Shown in pieces: positions 9,733 through 19,934 of a stretch of 64,000 bases of DNA; within the stretch, counting starts at the first letter, position 1; the number at the start of each line of letters is the position of its first letter. The DNA is from a virus. Under the pieces are notes generated by a model, which was not told the origin of the DNA, did not search any database, and saw only the letters and a program-made list of their open reading frames with translations. The stretch spans positions 64,001 to 128,000 of IMG/VR virus record IMGVR_UViG_3300047089_000307, one strand, 5' to 3'. A program made the position numbers and the translations under genes.

Positions 9733-10899
9733 TCATGCCAGCGCCGCCTCGCGGGCCAGCTTCGCGGCCTTTGCCTTCAGCGGCTCGGACTTGAGCAGGT
9801 TGCGGTTCAGCTTGCTCTCCCAGGTCCGGGAGGTCCGGGCGTGGTCCAGGTACTCGCCGGCTGCCTGCACCAGGCCGTACGCGGTGCCGCCGATCCCGGC
9901 GCCCTCCACGGTCGGCCCGTTCAGGAAGCCGAGCACCGCGGCGCGGGCCTCCTCGATGTTGGCCATGACCCGGTCGGAGATGATGCCGTCCGGGGGCGCG
10001 GGAATGAATTCCTTCAGCCACATCTGCTGCTGAGCCGGGGTGACCTTGATCCCGAGCAGGTCGCTCATGGCCGTGACGTACTCCGCGTTCTCCTGCCGGG
10101 CGAACTGGAGTGCCCCGCGGGCTTCCTCCAGCCGGTCCCGCCAGTTGCCGCGGTGGCTGAACGAGAACACCGCGCCGGTCCGCTTGCCCTCCGCCTCGGC
10201 CGCGCCGAAGGTGTTCCCGCAGACGATGCGGACCTCGGTCAGCCGGGCGCAGCAGCTCGCGTTACCGGTGTGGTCACTGGTCACTCCCAGGTACGGGAAG
10301 CTGTAGGACGCGTCGATGCGCCCGCCAGCCTGCACCTGGTGCGGCTCGTCCAGCCGGGCGAGCATCCAGACCTTCTTGCCGCCGGACAGGCTGCCGCCGG
10401 TCTCCAGCTTCACCGTGCCCGGCTCAGTCCCGAGGATCGCGTCGATGATCTCACCGAACGCGCTGTTGGGCACGATGTGGTAGCTGTCGCGCTGGTAGGA
10501 GAGCGTGGCCCCGGTGTCGCTGCGGGCGATCCGGCTCCACTTCTCCTGGGCGGCGTCGCTGACGATCGTGCCGGTGAAGGAGCCGAACTGCACGGCGCCG
10601 ATGACCCCGGCGGCCTTGTCCGGGTTCCGGAAGGAAGCCTCCCACAGCCGGGTGAGCTGCGCCGCCGTCTCGGCCGTGGGCTGGCCGTTCTCACGGAGCA
10701 GGATCTCCATGGCGTGCTGGCGGAACTGGTCGGGGGACAGGAGGATATCGGCCGGCACCGGGTGCGCGACCGGGTCCCAGTCCAGGCCCGCGAGGACGCG
10801 GGCCTCCTGGAAGCTCTGCGGGTAGTCATCGAGCACTTCGCCCTGGCGATGCCATGGCATCTCTCGTACACTAAACATCTTTTCGACGTCTGCTGGCAC
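9733..10899 (-). CDS. DUF932 / TIGR03299-like phage protein
   Basis: MFSVREMPWH..G, AGLDW, ETGGSL.GGKKVW, SDHTG, VRIVC.NT and GTAYGLVQA motifs. Confidence 0.85.
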   Translation of the reverse strand: MPADVEKMFSVREMPWHRQGEVLDDYPQSFQEARVLAGLDWDPVAHPVPADILLSPDQFRQHAMEILLRENGQPTAETAAQLTRLWEASFRNPDKAAGVIGAVQFGSFTGTIVSDAAQEKWSRIARSDTGATLSYQRDSYHIVPNSAFGEIIDAILGTEPGTVKLETGGSLSGGKKVWMLARLDEPHQVQAGGRIDASYSFPYLGVTSDHTGNASCCARLTEVRIVCGNTFGAAEAEGKRTGAVFSFSHRGNWRDRLEEARGALQFARQENAEYVTAMSDLLGIKVTPAQQQMWLKEFIPAPPDGIISDRVMANIEEARAAVLGFLNGPTVEGAGIGGTAYGLVQAAGEYLDHARTSRTWESKLNRNLLKSEPLKAKAAKLAREAALA

Positions 10900-11135
10900 T
10901 ACTGCCCTTTCTTCCGTGCCGTCTCATGCCGGGCTGGCGTGAGCGGCCTCTAAGCTACGCTTAGCGTATCATAGAGTATAACAAGAGGCGCTGGATGTTT
11001 ATTCCTAAAGGTCAAAGGTATCTTTTCGAACAAACGTTCTATAATGGCAATTCGCGTCCGCAGCGAGAATCTTGCCCTGACGCACGCGCTGGCTCCTGTT
11101 ACGATACCCGCAGATACTCCCCAGGAGGAGAAGCC

Positions 11136-11465
11136 ATGGAAATCCCGAGGCTCGCCAGCCCGGCCACGAACCCCAACGGCTACCTGGCCGCGGTCGGCGC
11201 GGTGCTCGCCGCCGTGGTCATGATCTACAACGCCGTCAATCACCGCGGCCCGGTTGACGCCACCGTGATCGTCTCCGGCGCCGGCGCGCTCCTCGCGCTG
11301 CTCAGCCGTCAGTACGTCACCCCGGTCAGCGACCCGCGCGACGGCAACGGGAACTCCCTCGCGGCGGTGCCCGCTCCCCTGGCACCGGTTCTCAGGACGG
11401 CAGCCGGCTTGAAGAGCACCAGTGACCTGCATGCTGCTGAGGACACGCCGCCGGGCCAGCCATGA
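11136..11465 (+). CDS. Holin-like small membrane protein
   Basis: Two hydrophobic helices and a C-terminal VTPVSDPRDGNG motif; GGAGGAG RBS. Confidence 0.55.
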   Translation: MEIPRLASPATNPNGYLAAVGAVLAAVVMIYNAVNHRGPVDATVIVSGAGALLALLSRQYVTPVSDPRDGNGNSLAAVPAPLAPVLRTAAGLKSTSDLHAAEDTPPGQP

Positions 11466-12355
11466 GCGATCTCGCCGGGGACGCCCCGGGCACGATCATC
11501 GTCGCCGGGGACTGGCACGGCAATACGCCCTGGGCGCTGCACGTCATCGGCGTGGCAGCGCGGCTGCTGGAGGGCGAGGAGCAGCCGGTAATCCTTCATT
11601 TGGGCGACTTCGGTATCTGGCCTGGCCCCGCGGGACAGCGGTACGTGCACGAGGTCAGGCGAGCCTGCCGGGAGAAGGGCGTGACGCTGTGGTTCATTGA
11701 CGGCAACCACGAGGATTTCACCCGGCTGCACCGGTTTGACATCCGCGAGGGGACCGCTGAGCCGGCGCCCGGCATGTGGTGGCTACCGCGCAACACCCGC
11801 TGGACCTGGCACGGCCGTACGTGGCACGCACTGGGCGGCGCGGTGAGCGTGGACCGGGCGATCCGGCACGAGGGCATCAGCTGGTGGCCGCAGGAGGAGA
11901 TCACGAGGTCGCAGGCGCGCGAGGCCATCGCGGCCGGCCCGGCGGACGTCCTTGTCACCCATGACTGTCCCGCAGGCGTGCGGCACTCATTCGGGCCGCC
12001 GCCGTCCTTCTGGGATGACCGCGACCTGGCGCGCAGTGACGCGCACCGCGAGCGGCTCCAGGACGTGGTCAGTGCCGTGCAGCCGCGGTGGATCATGCAC
12101 GGGCACCTGCACCGGGCCTACCAGCGCAACTGCGACTTCGGCTACGGCCCGGTAGAAGTCACCGGCCTGGACTGCGATGGCAGTGACGGAAACTACGCCG
12201 TGCTAGATGTGCGCACCATGGCATGGGAGCGGTTACGGCCCTGCTGCCCCGGCCCTTACGGCAGTCCCGCTTCCCCGGCTGCGCTCTTTTCAGTTACGTT
12301 CAGTGACAGAAAATCACCGAAGGTGGATTCCGTTACCGTTGCGCCAGGCGCATGA
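11462..12355 (+). CDS. Calcineurin-like metallophosphoesterase
   Basis: GDWHG, LGDFG, DGNHE, THDCP and HGHLH motifs. Confidence 0.9.
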   Translation: MSDLAGDAPGTIIVAGDWHGNTPWALHVIGVAARLLEGEEQPVILHLGDFGIWPGPAGQRYVHEVRRACREKGVTLWFIDGNHEDFTRLHRFDIREGTAEPAPGMWWLPRNTRWTWHGRTWHALGGAVSVDRAIRHEGISWWPQEEITRSQAREAIAAGPADVLVTHDCPAGVRHSFGPPPSFWDDRDLARSDAHRERLQDVVSAVQPRWIMHGHLHRAYQRNCDFGYGPVEVTGLDCDGSDGNYAVLDVRTMAWERLRPCCPGPYGSPASPAALFSVTFSDRKSPKVDSVTVAPGA

Positions 12356-12383
12356 TCAGGGAAGCACCGTCAAGGAGGGGCAG

Positions 12384-12911
12384 ATGACAATCAACGGACT
12401 CCTGCCAGGGGACGTCCTGGCTACCCGCACCCCTGGCGCGTGGCCGGACACGATGATCCGCCTGGGGTCAGCGCTGCTGGACAAGCCGAACCTGAGTAAC
12501 CACGTCGCCGTCGTGCACCACTGGGATGCCAGCGGGACGCTGTGGGTCATCGAGGGACGGCCCGGCGGGGTCGGCTGGCGGAACGCGAGCGACTACCTGT
12601 CCTCGCGGTGGACGCTGTCCAACGTCGCCCAGCCGAAGACGGACGCGCAGCGCAAGGTCATCACGGACGGCGCGGTGGCGATCCTCGGCATGCCGTACGA
12701 CTGGGCGGCCATCATCGGCGACGGCCTGGACGACCTGCACCTGTGGAGCCCCGTGCACGGCCAGGTCCAGGGGCACGCGGTGTGCTCCGCGGTGGCGGCG
12801 CTGCTGTACGACAAGGCGGCCCTGGCACGTCCCGCGGGAGATGAAAGGCGCATCCAGCCCGCGGACTGGGCAGAATTCGTGGTCACACAGGGCTGGGCGG
12901 TGGCGCGGTGA
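12384..12911 (+). CDS. Permuted papain-like (YiiX/YaeF-type NlpC/P60) enzyme
   Basis: PGD.L, NHVA, G.PYDW and CSA, with the His preceding the Cys. Confidence 0.65.
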   Translation: MTINGLLPGDVLATRTPGAWPDTMIRLGSALLDKPNLSNHVAVVHHWDASGTLWVIEGRPGGVGWRNASDYLSSRWTLSNVAQPKTDAQRKVITDGAVAILGMPYDWAAIIGDGLDDLHLWSPVHGQVQGHAVCSAVAALLYDKAALARPAGDERRIQPADWAEFVVTQGWAVAR

Positions 12912-13092
12912 GGGTGCTCATCGACTGGGACGATCAGTACCCGGCGCTGTACCTGCGGTTCGGGGGCTACGGGACTGAAGGAGAGACGGAAGTGCCCGAT
13001 GACGTCGCTGAGCGATGGCGCGCAACGTGGGACGCGTGGTGGGAGCTGGCTGACGAGGTCCGCGCCTTCGAGGCGGAGCGGGGCGTGACTCA

Positions 13093-13374
13093 GTGAGTCT
13101 GACCGATTCAGAGCTGGAGGAACAGGTCCGCAGGATGCGGTCGATCGGGATGTCCACCCGCAAGATCGCCGAGACGATCGGGGACGTCAGCCAGTCCACC
13201 GTCGTGCGGATGCTCCAGAAGATCAACTCCGGCCCGCAGCCGATCCTGCGCGATAAGCCCCCGCCTGGGCGGATGGTCACGACCGCATGGGTCACGATCG
13301 CGGTCGTCGCGGTGGTGATGGCGGTGGCGTTCATCGTGCTGACCGCTGCCGTGGCCACCATCGCCTGGAAGTAA
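13093..13374 (+). CDS. HTH protein with C-terminal transmembrane helix
   Basis: GMSTRKIAETIGDVSQSTVVRML followed by a hydrophobic tail. Confidence 0.6.
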   Translation: MSLTDSELEEQVRRMRSIGMSTRKIAETIGDVSQSTVVRMLQKINSGPQPILRDKPPPGRMVTTAWVTIAVVAVVMAVAFIVLTAAVATIAWK

Positions 13375-13525
13375 CGAATCGATCACGGGTCAGGGCTGTG
13401 CGGCCCGGGCTCGTGATTCATTCGTGATTCACTCGCCGTTCTGCTTGTGCGCTTGCAGATGCACGTGCTTGGCTTCTGGATGTTTCGGAGTCTTTCCCCG
13501 TCTCAATCCAGGAGCGTGATGCGCC

Positions 13526-14365
13526 ATGAGGTGGCGCCGTTACCGGCCACAGCCCTCGGCAGAGGCAGGCACGATGCCGCTGCCGCGGGCAGCAGGTCCT
13601 GCTGACTGCACTACCCCGATGCCCGCGGTTCGCACATCGCGGTTCCTCACCCCGGCCCGCACGGGAATTGCGGCCCTGGCCGTCGCGGCCGTTACCGCCG
13701 GCACCGCGCTGGCGCTGGTAGCCCCGGCCAGCCCCGCGCTCGGCGCCGCCGACGCGCTTGCTGTCCCTGCCGCGGCTGCCATCCCGGTCACGTACGCGGA
13801 TACGGGCAGTCCTGCCCTAGACAAGGCGCAGCGGGCCGCGGCTACGGGCCTGGCCACCGCGAAGGCCGACGCCCTGGCCGTGCACCAGGCTCACCTGTCT
13901 CACACGACGCACCTGGCAGTACTCACGCGCCTGGCCGCGCAGAAGAAGGCCGCGGCAGCCGCCGCACGGCAGCTCCTCATCGAGCAGGCTGCCGCGAAGA
14001 AGGCGCACAGCGTCGCGCCTGTCGCGCACCACCAGCCCGCAGGCTCCTCCGGAGGGTCCTCCTCATCCGGGTCATCCGGCTGCTCTGACCCGTCCGGTCA
14101 CCTGACCGCCTCCCAGATGAGCATGCTCTGGCTGTGCGCCGGCGGCCCGTCCTGGGCGGTCAGCCACGCGCTGCGGATCGCCATGTGCGAGAGCGGCTGG
14201 AACACCTTCGCGCACAACCCCAGCGGCGCGACCGGCTTGTGGCAGATCCTCGGCCAGGTCACCGCCTTCGGGGGCAGCTTGCGCGACGCGCACGTCAACG
14301 CGCTCAACGCCGTGGCCAAGTTCCGGGCCAGCGGCGACACCTTCGCCCAGTGGGTGTGCCAGTGA
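13526..14365 (+). CDS. Secreted lytic transglycosylase / lysozyme-like protein
   Basis: Signal-like segment, Ala and Ser linkers, and C-terminal IAMCESGWN...ATGLWQI. Confidence 0.8.
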   Translation: MRWRRYRPQPSAEAGTMPLPRAAGPADCTTPMPAVRTSRFLTPARTGIAALAVAAVTAGTALALVAPASPALGAADALAVPAAAAIPVTYADTGSPALDKAQRAAATGLATAKADALAVHQAHLSHTTHLAVLTRLAAQKKAAAAAARQLLIEQAAAKKAHSVAPVAHHQPAGSSGGSSSSGSSGCSDPSGHLTASQMSMLWLCAGGPSWAVSHALRIAMCESGWNTFAHNPSGATGLWQILGQVTAFGGSLRDAHVNALNAVAKFRASGDTFAQWVCQ

Positions 14366-14777
14366 CCGCCATGACCGCCGTCATCTCCTCCCCGGTGACG
14401 GTCGCGTCCCTCGCGCTGATCGCCGGGATCATCGGGTGCTGCGGCGCCTGGCTGCTGGGCGGGGTCCTCGGTTACAAGCGGGGGTACTCACGCGGCGCGT
14501 TCGAGGCCAGCCTTGACGCGACCGTGAGCGCCATGCCAGCCGCCCGGCGCTCTGCGGAGTGGCGTCCCCCCGTCACGCCGGACGGCTGGGTGAGCCTCCC
14601 GCCCGTCAGGCAGCGGATCACCCCGGTCCAGGCCACCGCGCTGCTGCCCCGCGTCGCCGAGCCCTACCGGCAAGGCCCGGTGAACGTCACCGCGCCTCAG
14701 CCTGCTATCGGGCTGTCCGACGCCGAATGGCTCGATCAGATGGCCCGGCAGGCTGAGGAGTTCCGGGAGAAGATGTC

Positions 14778-15575
14778 ATGCCCGTAATGGAGAGGAAGAC
14801 CTTGATCAAGCGCATCCTGGCTGTCCTGGCGATGTCCGCCGGGCTGGCCGTCCTCCCTGCCGCGCAGGCCCTGGCAGCGCCTTCAGCGCCAGCGGCCACC
14901 GCCGCGGCTGCCTCGCAGGCCACCGCGCTCCCCGAGCTGGCGGCCCCGGCGGGACTGCGCGCGGCGGTCGCCCCGCACCGGGCAGTCCTGCGCTGGAACG
15001 CCGTCCGCGGCGCCAGTGACTACGAGCTGCGCATCACCGGGCCATCCCGCTTCGACCGGGTGGTGCCCGATGGCCTGCGGCATGCCGGGGTCACTGTCGT
15101 GCTGGCACCGGGACGGTACTCTGCCGCGGTGCGCGCCGGGCGGTCAGTCCATGACGTGCACGGGCACTGGTCGGCGGCCCTGGGCTTCACCGTGCCCGGC
15201 TCGCACCCGGTGACGACCGGGTCATCCCTGGCGGCCCGCGCGCTGGCCTGGGCATTCGCTCAGGCGGGCAAGCCGTACGTATGGGGCGGCTCCGGCCCTG
15301 GCGGATTCGACTGCTCGGGCCTGGTGATGGCCGCTTACCTGCACGCGGACGGCATCTCCCTGCCGCACAACACGGTGGCGATGCTCGGCTCGGGCAAGCT
15401 CGCGCGCACGTACAGCCCGCAGCCGGGAGACGCGGCCTTCTACGGCACCGGCCACGTGGAGCTGTACGTCCGGTCAGGGGTGACGTGGGGCGCGCACCAC
15501 TCCGGCACGGTGATCGGCTTCACGTACTACGCCGGGAGCTCCTGGAGGCCCACCGCTTTTTACCGGGTCGTGTAG
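14778..15575 (+). CDS. Secreted NlpC/P60 peptidase with FN3-like domain
   Basis: GKPYVWGG.GP.GFDCSGLV and GHVELY; signal peptide. Confidence 0.9.
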   Translation: MPVMERKTLIKRILAVLAMSAGLAVLPAAQALAAPSAPAATAAAASQATALPELAAPAGLRAAVAPHRAVLRWNAVRGASDYELRITGPSRFDRVVPDGLRHAGVTVVLAPGRYSAAVRAGRSVHDVHGHWSAALGFTVPGSHPVTTGSSLAARALAWAFAQAGKPYVWGGSGPGGFDCSGLVMAAYLHADGISLPHNTVAMLGSGKLARTYSPQPGDAAFYGTGHVELYVRSGVTWGAHHSGTVIGFTYYAGSSWRPTAFYRVV

Positions 15576-15592
15576 CCCCCTCCCGGTAGACA

Positions 15593-15631
15593 GGAAGGCC
15601 CTCTGCCCTCCCCCCCAGCAGAGGGCCTTCC
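15593..15631. terminator. Hairpin, putative terminator
   Basis: GGAAGGCCCTCTGC...GCAGAGGGCCTTCC inverted repeat after the NlpC gene. Confidence 0.6.
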
Positions 15632-15707
15632 GCCTGCCCGGACGACCGCAACAGACTTTTATAAGGTACGCTGCCTCTCGCAGGCAATCACCTCTGAAAG
15701 GCAGCAA

Positions 15708-16424
15708 ATGACCTTGTCCGGAAAGCGCCTCGCGGCGGCAGCCGTTGCGGCCATCGCCCTCACGGGAACAGCCGCCGGAGCCGCGTACGCGGCAGGCGCC
15801 GCCACCGTCATCCAGCCGAAGGCCGTGTACGCCTGCGAGGGCAGCGGGCACGTCGCGGTGACGTTCCTGTCCACGCCGTCCGCAACCTGCCCGGCCGGAA
15901 CCACGTCCATCATCGTCGGCGCGCAGGGACCGAAGGGCAGCACGGGCGCGGCCGGCCCGCAAGGTGACGCCGGAGCGCAGGGACCGTCCGGGGTAGTAAG
16001 CGCGGGCGTCCACGATCTCGGCGCCGTCGCCAGCGTGCCGACAGGAGGCGGGTTCGTCGCCAACTCCACGGAAGTCGGCACGGTCAGCCTGCCCGCGGGC
16101 ACTTACCAGCTGAGCCTGGCCGCCAAGGCCACCCCGCCCTCCGGCGGCACCGGGGCAGTCGAGGAGTTTCCCCAGTTCTTCGTCTACGACCAGGTAAAGA
16201 ACAGCGGTTTCACCGGGGACCTGCTGAATGCCGGCGCCGGCGCGCTGGAGTCCGGGACGCACGCCACGATTGACAGCTACTTCAGCGGGTCCGGGCTATT
16301 CACGCTGAGCACGGCTACCACGCTGCACGTCTACGCATTCGGCTACGACTCCGATACTGGCGCGGGCAGTTATGTCCTGGACGACCTGGCAATTACGGCG
16401 ATCCAGGTCGTTCCCGCAGCCTGA
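15708..16424 (+). CDS. Secreted protein with short collagen-like repeat
   Basis: Signal peptide and GAQGPKGSTGAAGPQGDAGAQGPSG. Confidence 0.7.
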   Translation: MTLSGKRLAAAAVAAIALTGTAAGAAYAAGAATVIQPKAVYACEGSGHVAVTFLSTPSATCPAGTTSIIVGAQGPKGSTGAAGPQGDAGAQGPSGVVSAGVHDLGAVASVPTGGGFVANSTEVGTVSLPAGTYQLSLAAKATPPSGGTGAVEEFPQFFVYDQVKNSGFTGDLLNAGAGALESGTHATIDSYFSGSGLFTLSTATTLHVYAFGYDSDTGAGSYVLDDLAITAIQVVPAA

Positions 16425-16446
16425 GCGCGTACGCCGCCCCTGTGCC

Positions 16447-16490
16447 CGAAGGCCCCTCGCATGGCGACGTGCGAGGGGCCTTCGCCTTTT
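16447..16490. terminator. Intrinsic terminator between convergent genes
   Basis: CGAAGGCCCCTCGCA...TGCGAGGGGCCTTCG followed by CCTTTT. Confidence 0.8.
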
Positions 16491-16900
16491 CAGTGACCGT
16501 TCTCGTCGCGGGATAGCTGCTGCTGATCGGTCAGCCCGGGGGTGAGGCGCCCGTCATGACGGGGATTAGGGTAATCGGAGTGCTTGCGGGCTCCCCTGCG
16601 CTGCTCGAACCAGATCATGACCGCCCGCCAGGCGACGATGCCGACGATTGCCGAGAGGAAGAAGGCCGCGACCCACTGGAGTACGTCGGAGGAGATCCCG
16701 AAGTCAAGGAACAGCCACGAGCCGAAGAGCGTGCCGGCGATGCACAGTTCCAGGATGACGATGTTGCGGCCCCACCAGGACTGCCACCAGGGCCAGTAGA
16801 CGGACGTGACCGGGACGAACAGCAGTGACGTGATGAACGCCGCGTTGATGAGCACGTGGTCGATGACCGTGAGAACGTGATCCTGTGGCAAACCCCTCAC
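16490..16900 (-). CDS. Three-TM membrane protein (holin-like)
   Basis: Hydrophobic helices and PWWQSWWGRNI; last gene of a small overlapping trio. Confidence 0.6.
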   Translation of the reverse strand: MRGLPQDHVLTVIDHVLINAAFITSLLFVPVTSVYWPWWQSWWGRNIVILELCIAGTLFGSWLFLDFGISSDVLQWVAAFFLSAIVGIVAWRAVMIWFEQRRGARKHSDYPNPRHDGRLTPGLTDQQQLSRDENGH

Positions 16901-17094
16901 CCTCCCCGGTGCCGGGCCGCCCGCGTGATGAGGACATCAAGCCGGGCTGACACGTGGTTGTCCTGCCGCATCTCGCTGAGCGGGACTACCACATTATGCC
17001 GTGCCGCACGCAGCCGGGCCTCTGCCGCCTCGCGGGCCTCTCGGGCCTCGCGGGCGTCATTGCTCTCGGTCCGCACCCAGAATCTCCACCTCAT
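16897..17094 (-). CDS. Small hypothetical protein of the membrane trio
   Basis: Overlapping start/stop on both sides; L..MRQDNH.S motif. Confidence 0.55.
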   Translation of the reverse strand: MRWRFWVRTESNDAREAREAREAAEARLRAARHNVVVPLSEMRQDNHVSARLDVLITRAARHRGG

Positions 17095-17348
17095 GGGCCT
17101 GGCTGCTTCCCTGCCTCAACTGCGATGCGCTTCATCGCGGCAAAAAGCTCCTTGGCGGCGCCACCCTGGTCAAGTACCTGCTCGGCGACCTTCTGGTTGA
17201 GCTCGGCGGCGGCCTTCCAGTCATCACGCTGCTTGCGCATGTCGTCCAGCTCGCCCTTGCGGACAACCTGGCCTGAGATGAGAAGGCCAATGAAGACGAC
17301 GATCGCCCCGCCGTTCTCCAGCAGGGTGATGATGTCATGCGCTCCCAA
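17091..17348 (-). CDS. Small membrane protein (one TM plus coiled coil)
   Basis: N-terminal TM followed by G.VV...E...QRDDWK. Confidence 0.55.
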   Translation of the reverse strand: MGAHDIITLLENGGAIVVFIGLLISGQVVRKGELDDMRKQRDDWKAAAELNQKVAEQVLDQGGAAKELFAAMKRIAVEAGKQPGP

Positions 17349-17750
17349 CCCACTACCTCATCTGCCCTGACGCGGAATTCGTAGTCCAGGGAGATGCCGG
17401 CCGGAAGGCGCTCAGCTCCTTGCACGGGAGTTTACGCCGGGAGCCGTGCTTAAACGAGGACCAGCGTTACAGGAGGGCAGTCTCCAGGCGCGACGGCCCG
17501 CAGGAGGAAGGGCAGTAATGACCCGCCCGGTCGAAGGTGACGGCGCACCCGGCCGCGATGACGGCCTCCTCGCGGGTGGCGCTCAGGCCGCCGTTGAGCC
17601 GCTGGCCGTCCAGGTACAGGTGCCAGTACCAGCCGGCCTCGCCCATGTCGGTGATCCGGCGCTCATACTCCCCGCGGTGCCGCGCCTCCGTTCCCCGCCG
17701 CAGGGCGACAGCCAGCTCTGCGGGCAGGGAAGCGGCCGTCGCGTCCTCGC

Positions 17751-18173
17751 TCACGCCGGGCCGGCGCACCCGGGCTCGTGGCCGGAGAGCGCCTCGCACC
17801 GCGGGCAGGGAACGCGGAACACGGGCTCGCGGAACACGGGGATCACGCTCCCGGGGGGCAGGAGGTCCGCCGGCTCGCAGCCCAGCGCGTCGCACATCTG
17901 AGCGAGGGTGGCGGTCTTCGGCCTGCGGTGGCCGTTCTCGATCTTGGCGATGGCGTCCGGCGTGATGGTGTACTTGCCCTCACTCGGGCACAGTGCCTCG
18001 TGGCTGTACGGCCGGCCGCAATGCGAGCACGGGCCGTTGCTCATCGCCTCAGCCAGCTGCGCCCGGTTCATCAGCCTGCTCTGGCGCATGCGGACAAGGC
18101 GGGCGCGGTCAATGTCGATTCCCGCGCCCGGTCGCTTGATGGCAGTGGTCCCTGCCCTTCCGCTGCTGGTCAT
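17751..18173 (-). CDS. XRE-family HTH regulator with Cys-rich insert
   Basis: IAKIENG.RRP...TLAQMCDALGC; CxxC motifs. Confidence 0.7.
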   Translation of the reverse strand: MTSSGRAGTTAIKRPGAGIDIDRARLVRMRQSRLMNRAQLAEAMSNGPCSHCGRPYSHEALCPSEGKYTITPDAIAKIENGHRRPKTATLAQMCDALGCEPADLLPPGSVIPVFREPVFRVPCPRCEALSGHEPGCAGPA

Positions 18174-18441
18174 CCCGTCATGATACCCCTTCAGACTATT
18201 TTGAAGATCAGCAGCATCCCGGGTAACAGCGGCGGCCACCCTGCGGGGCGCAGCAGGTTGTACAGCTCCGTCAGCAGGCGCGGGTCAGTGCGCCAGTTGT
18301 GGTTCCCGTTAGAGAAGGCTTCCGGTGACGTGCACCGGCAGCAGCTCCCCATGGCGCCCAGGACCTCGCCGAGCGTCTGGGCGATCATGTCCGCCTCAAG
18401 CCGGGGGACCTTGATGGTGACCTCGGTCTGCTGGGTGACGT

Positions 18442-18957
18442 TCACGGTCGAGGTGCTTCTCCGGCTGGCAGGTCGTAGATGGTGACCGGGACGCCGCGCC
18501 GGCACAGGGACCACTCGATGACTGGCCGTACCTGGTCCCAGCGGCCCCCGCCCAGCCCGCAGCCGATCCGCGGCATGTGCACGGAGGCACCGGTCTTGCG
18601 GGCCTCCTCACCGACCGCCCGCAGCGCGCCGCCGAGCTCGGCGTACCGGACCGGCGGCAGCCCGTCGCCGGCGGGCGAGCTGGCAGTGCCCCGCTGCGCG
18701 ATCATGTTGGCCACCACCGTCTGGTCATCGACGCGGACCAGCTGCGTGTACCCGAGCTCGAAGTGCGGCCCCTCCCGCGCCCACAGCCGGTATTCCTCCT
18801 CCGGCTCCGGCCACCGCGCGGAGATGGCCATGACGAACCCGGAGCCCCAGGCGCCGATGTCGTTGCAGACGTGCGCGATGATGCGCTGCCCGTCCGCCTG
18901 CGGCATCGTGGCGTCCCCGGTGACGTACAGCAGCGGTGCCCGCTGGATGGTGATCAT
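18442..18957 (-). CDS. Macrodomain protein (ADP-ribose glycohydrolase, TARG1/DarG-like)
   Basis: GDAT, IIAHVCNDIG.WG.GF and MPRIGCGLGGG.W. Confidence 0.9.
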   Translation of the reverse strand: MITIQRAPLLYVTGDATMPQADGQRIIAHVCNDIGAWGSGFVMAISARWPEPEEEYRLWAREGPHFELGYTQLVRVDDQTVVANMIAQRGTASSPAGDGLPPVRYAELGGALRAVGEEARKTGASVHMPRIGCGLGGGRWDQVRPVIEWSLCRRGVPVTIYDLPAGEAPRP

Positions 18958-19363
18958 TAGCAGCTCCCGAACTTAAAGGACATGAACCCGGCCTCGTCTC
19001 CGGATGAGGGGGTGAGGAAACCCAGGGCCTTCAGCCGCTGCACGTCCTCAGGCGTCACCAGCGCCGGGTCAATGTTCACCCACAGCACGTCGTGCTCGCA
19101 GACGGTCGGGCTCTCCGGATTGCCGTACTTGCGGAAGATGACCAGTGCCGCGATCAGGTCATCCATGACTCTCCTCCTGCTCTCGCCTGCGTGCCTGCCT
19201 GGCCTCCCGGCCCGAGGGGCAGCCCTGCCATGGCGCTGCCTCAACCTCGCAGACGGTGCGCCCGGCATCCAGGAGGGACTGCACGGCCATCTCATTCGTT
19301 ATCCCGTGACCTTTGACCTCACCGGGCAGCGGACTGACGACGAACCAGGACGGCTCCTCGGGA

Positions 19364-19759
19364 TCACTCCCGTGACTGATCTGCACTTTCACTTGCTTCC
19401 TCTCTCGTGTGCGCGGCCACGAAGGTGGCGTAGCGCAGGACGAGCCCGCGGTCCCTCTCCCCCAGCCTCGCGAAGATCCGGAGGAGCTCTTCCCGGGCAT
19501 GCTCGGCCACGGCGGCCTCCTCACCGAGCAGGTAGCCGGCGCTGACCTGGTAGATGCTCGCCAGCCGGCGCAGCTCCAGCCCGGTAACCTTGCGCTTGCC
19601 GTTCTCGATGGCGGAGACGACGGACCTGACGTACCCGAGCCGGGCCGCCACCTCGTCCTGGGACAGCCTCGCGGCGGCCCGGCTACCGCGCAGCCTGGCG
19701 GCCAGTGCCCGCTCGTCCTGCCGCTGGCCGGCCGCGGCGCGCAGCTCGGGCAGGCTCAC
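19364..19759 (-). CDS. XRE-family HTH regulator
   Basis: LSQDEVAARLG...VSAIENGKRKV. Confidence 0.85.
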   Translation of the reverse strand: MSLPELRAAAGQRQDERALAARLRGSRAAARLSQDEVAARLGYVRSVVSAIENGKRKVTGLELRRLASIYQVSAGYLLGEEAAVAEHAREELLRIFARLGERDRGLVLRYATFVAAHTREEASESADQSRE

Positions 19760-19934
19760 TGGGGGACCTCCGTCCCCAGGCCCTCAGCGCTGAAGCGCAG
19801 TACCCGGCCGTCATTCACGACGACGACCATGGACCCGTCATCCAGCTGGCACATGATCCCGCTGGCCTCCTCCAGGTACATGCCCTTGGTCGTCCACGCG
19901 TCACCGGTTGTCTTGTGCAGGCCGAGGTACACCC

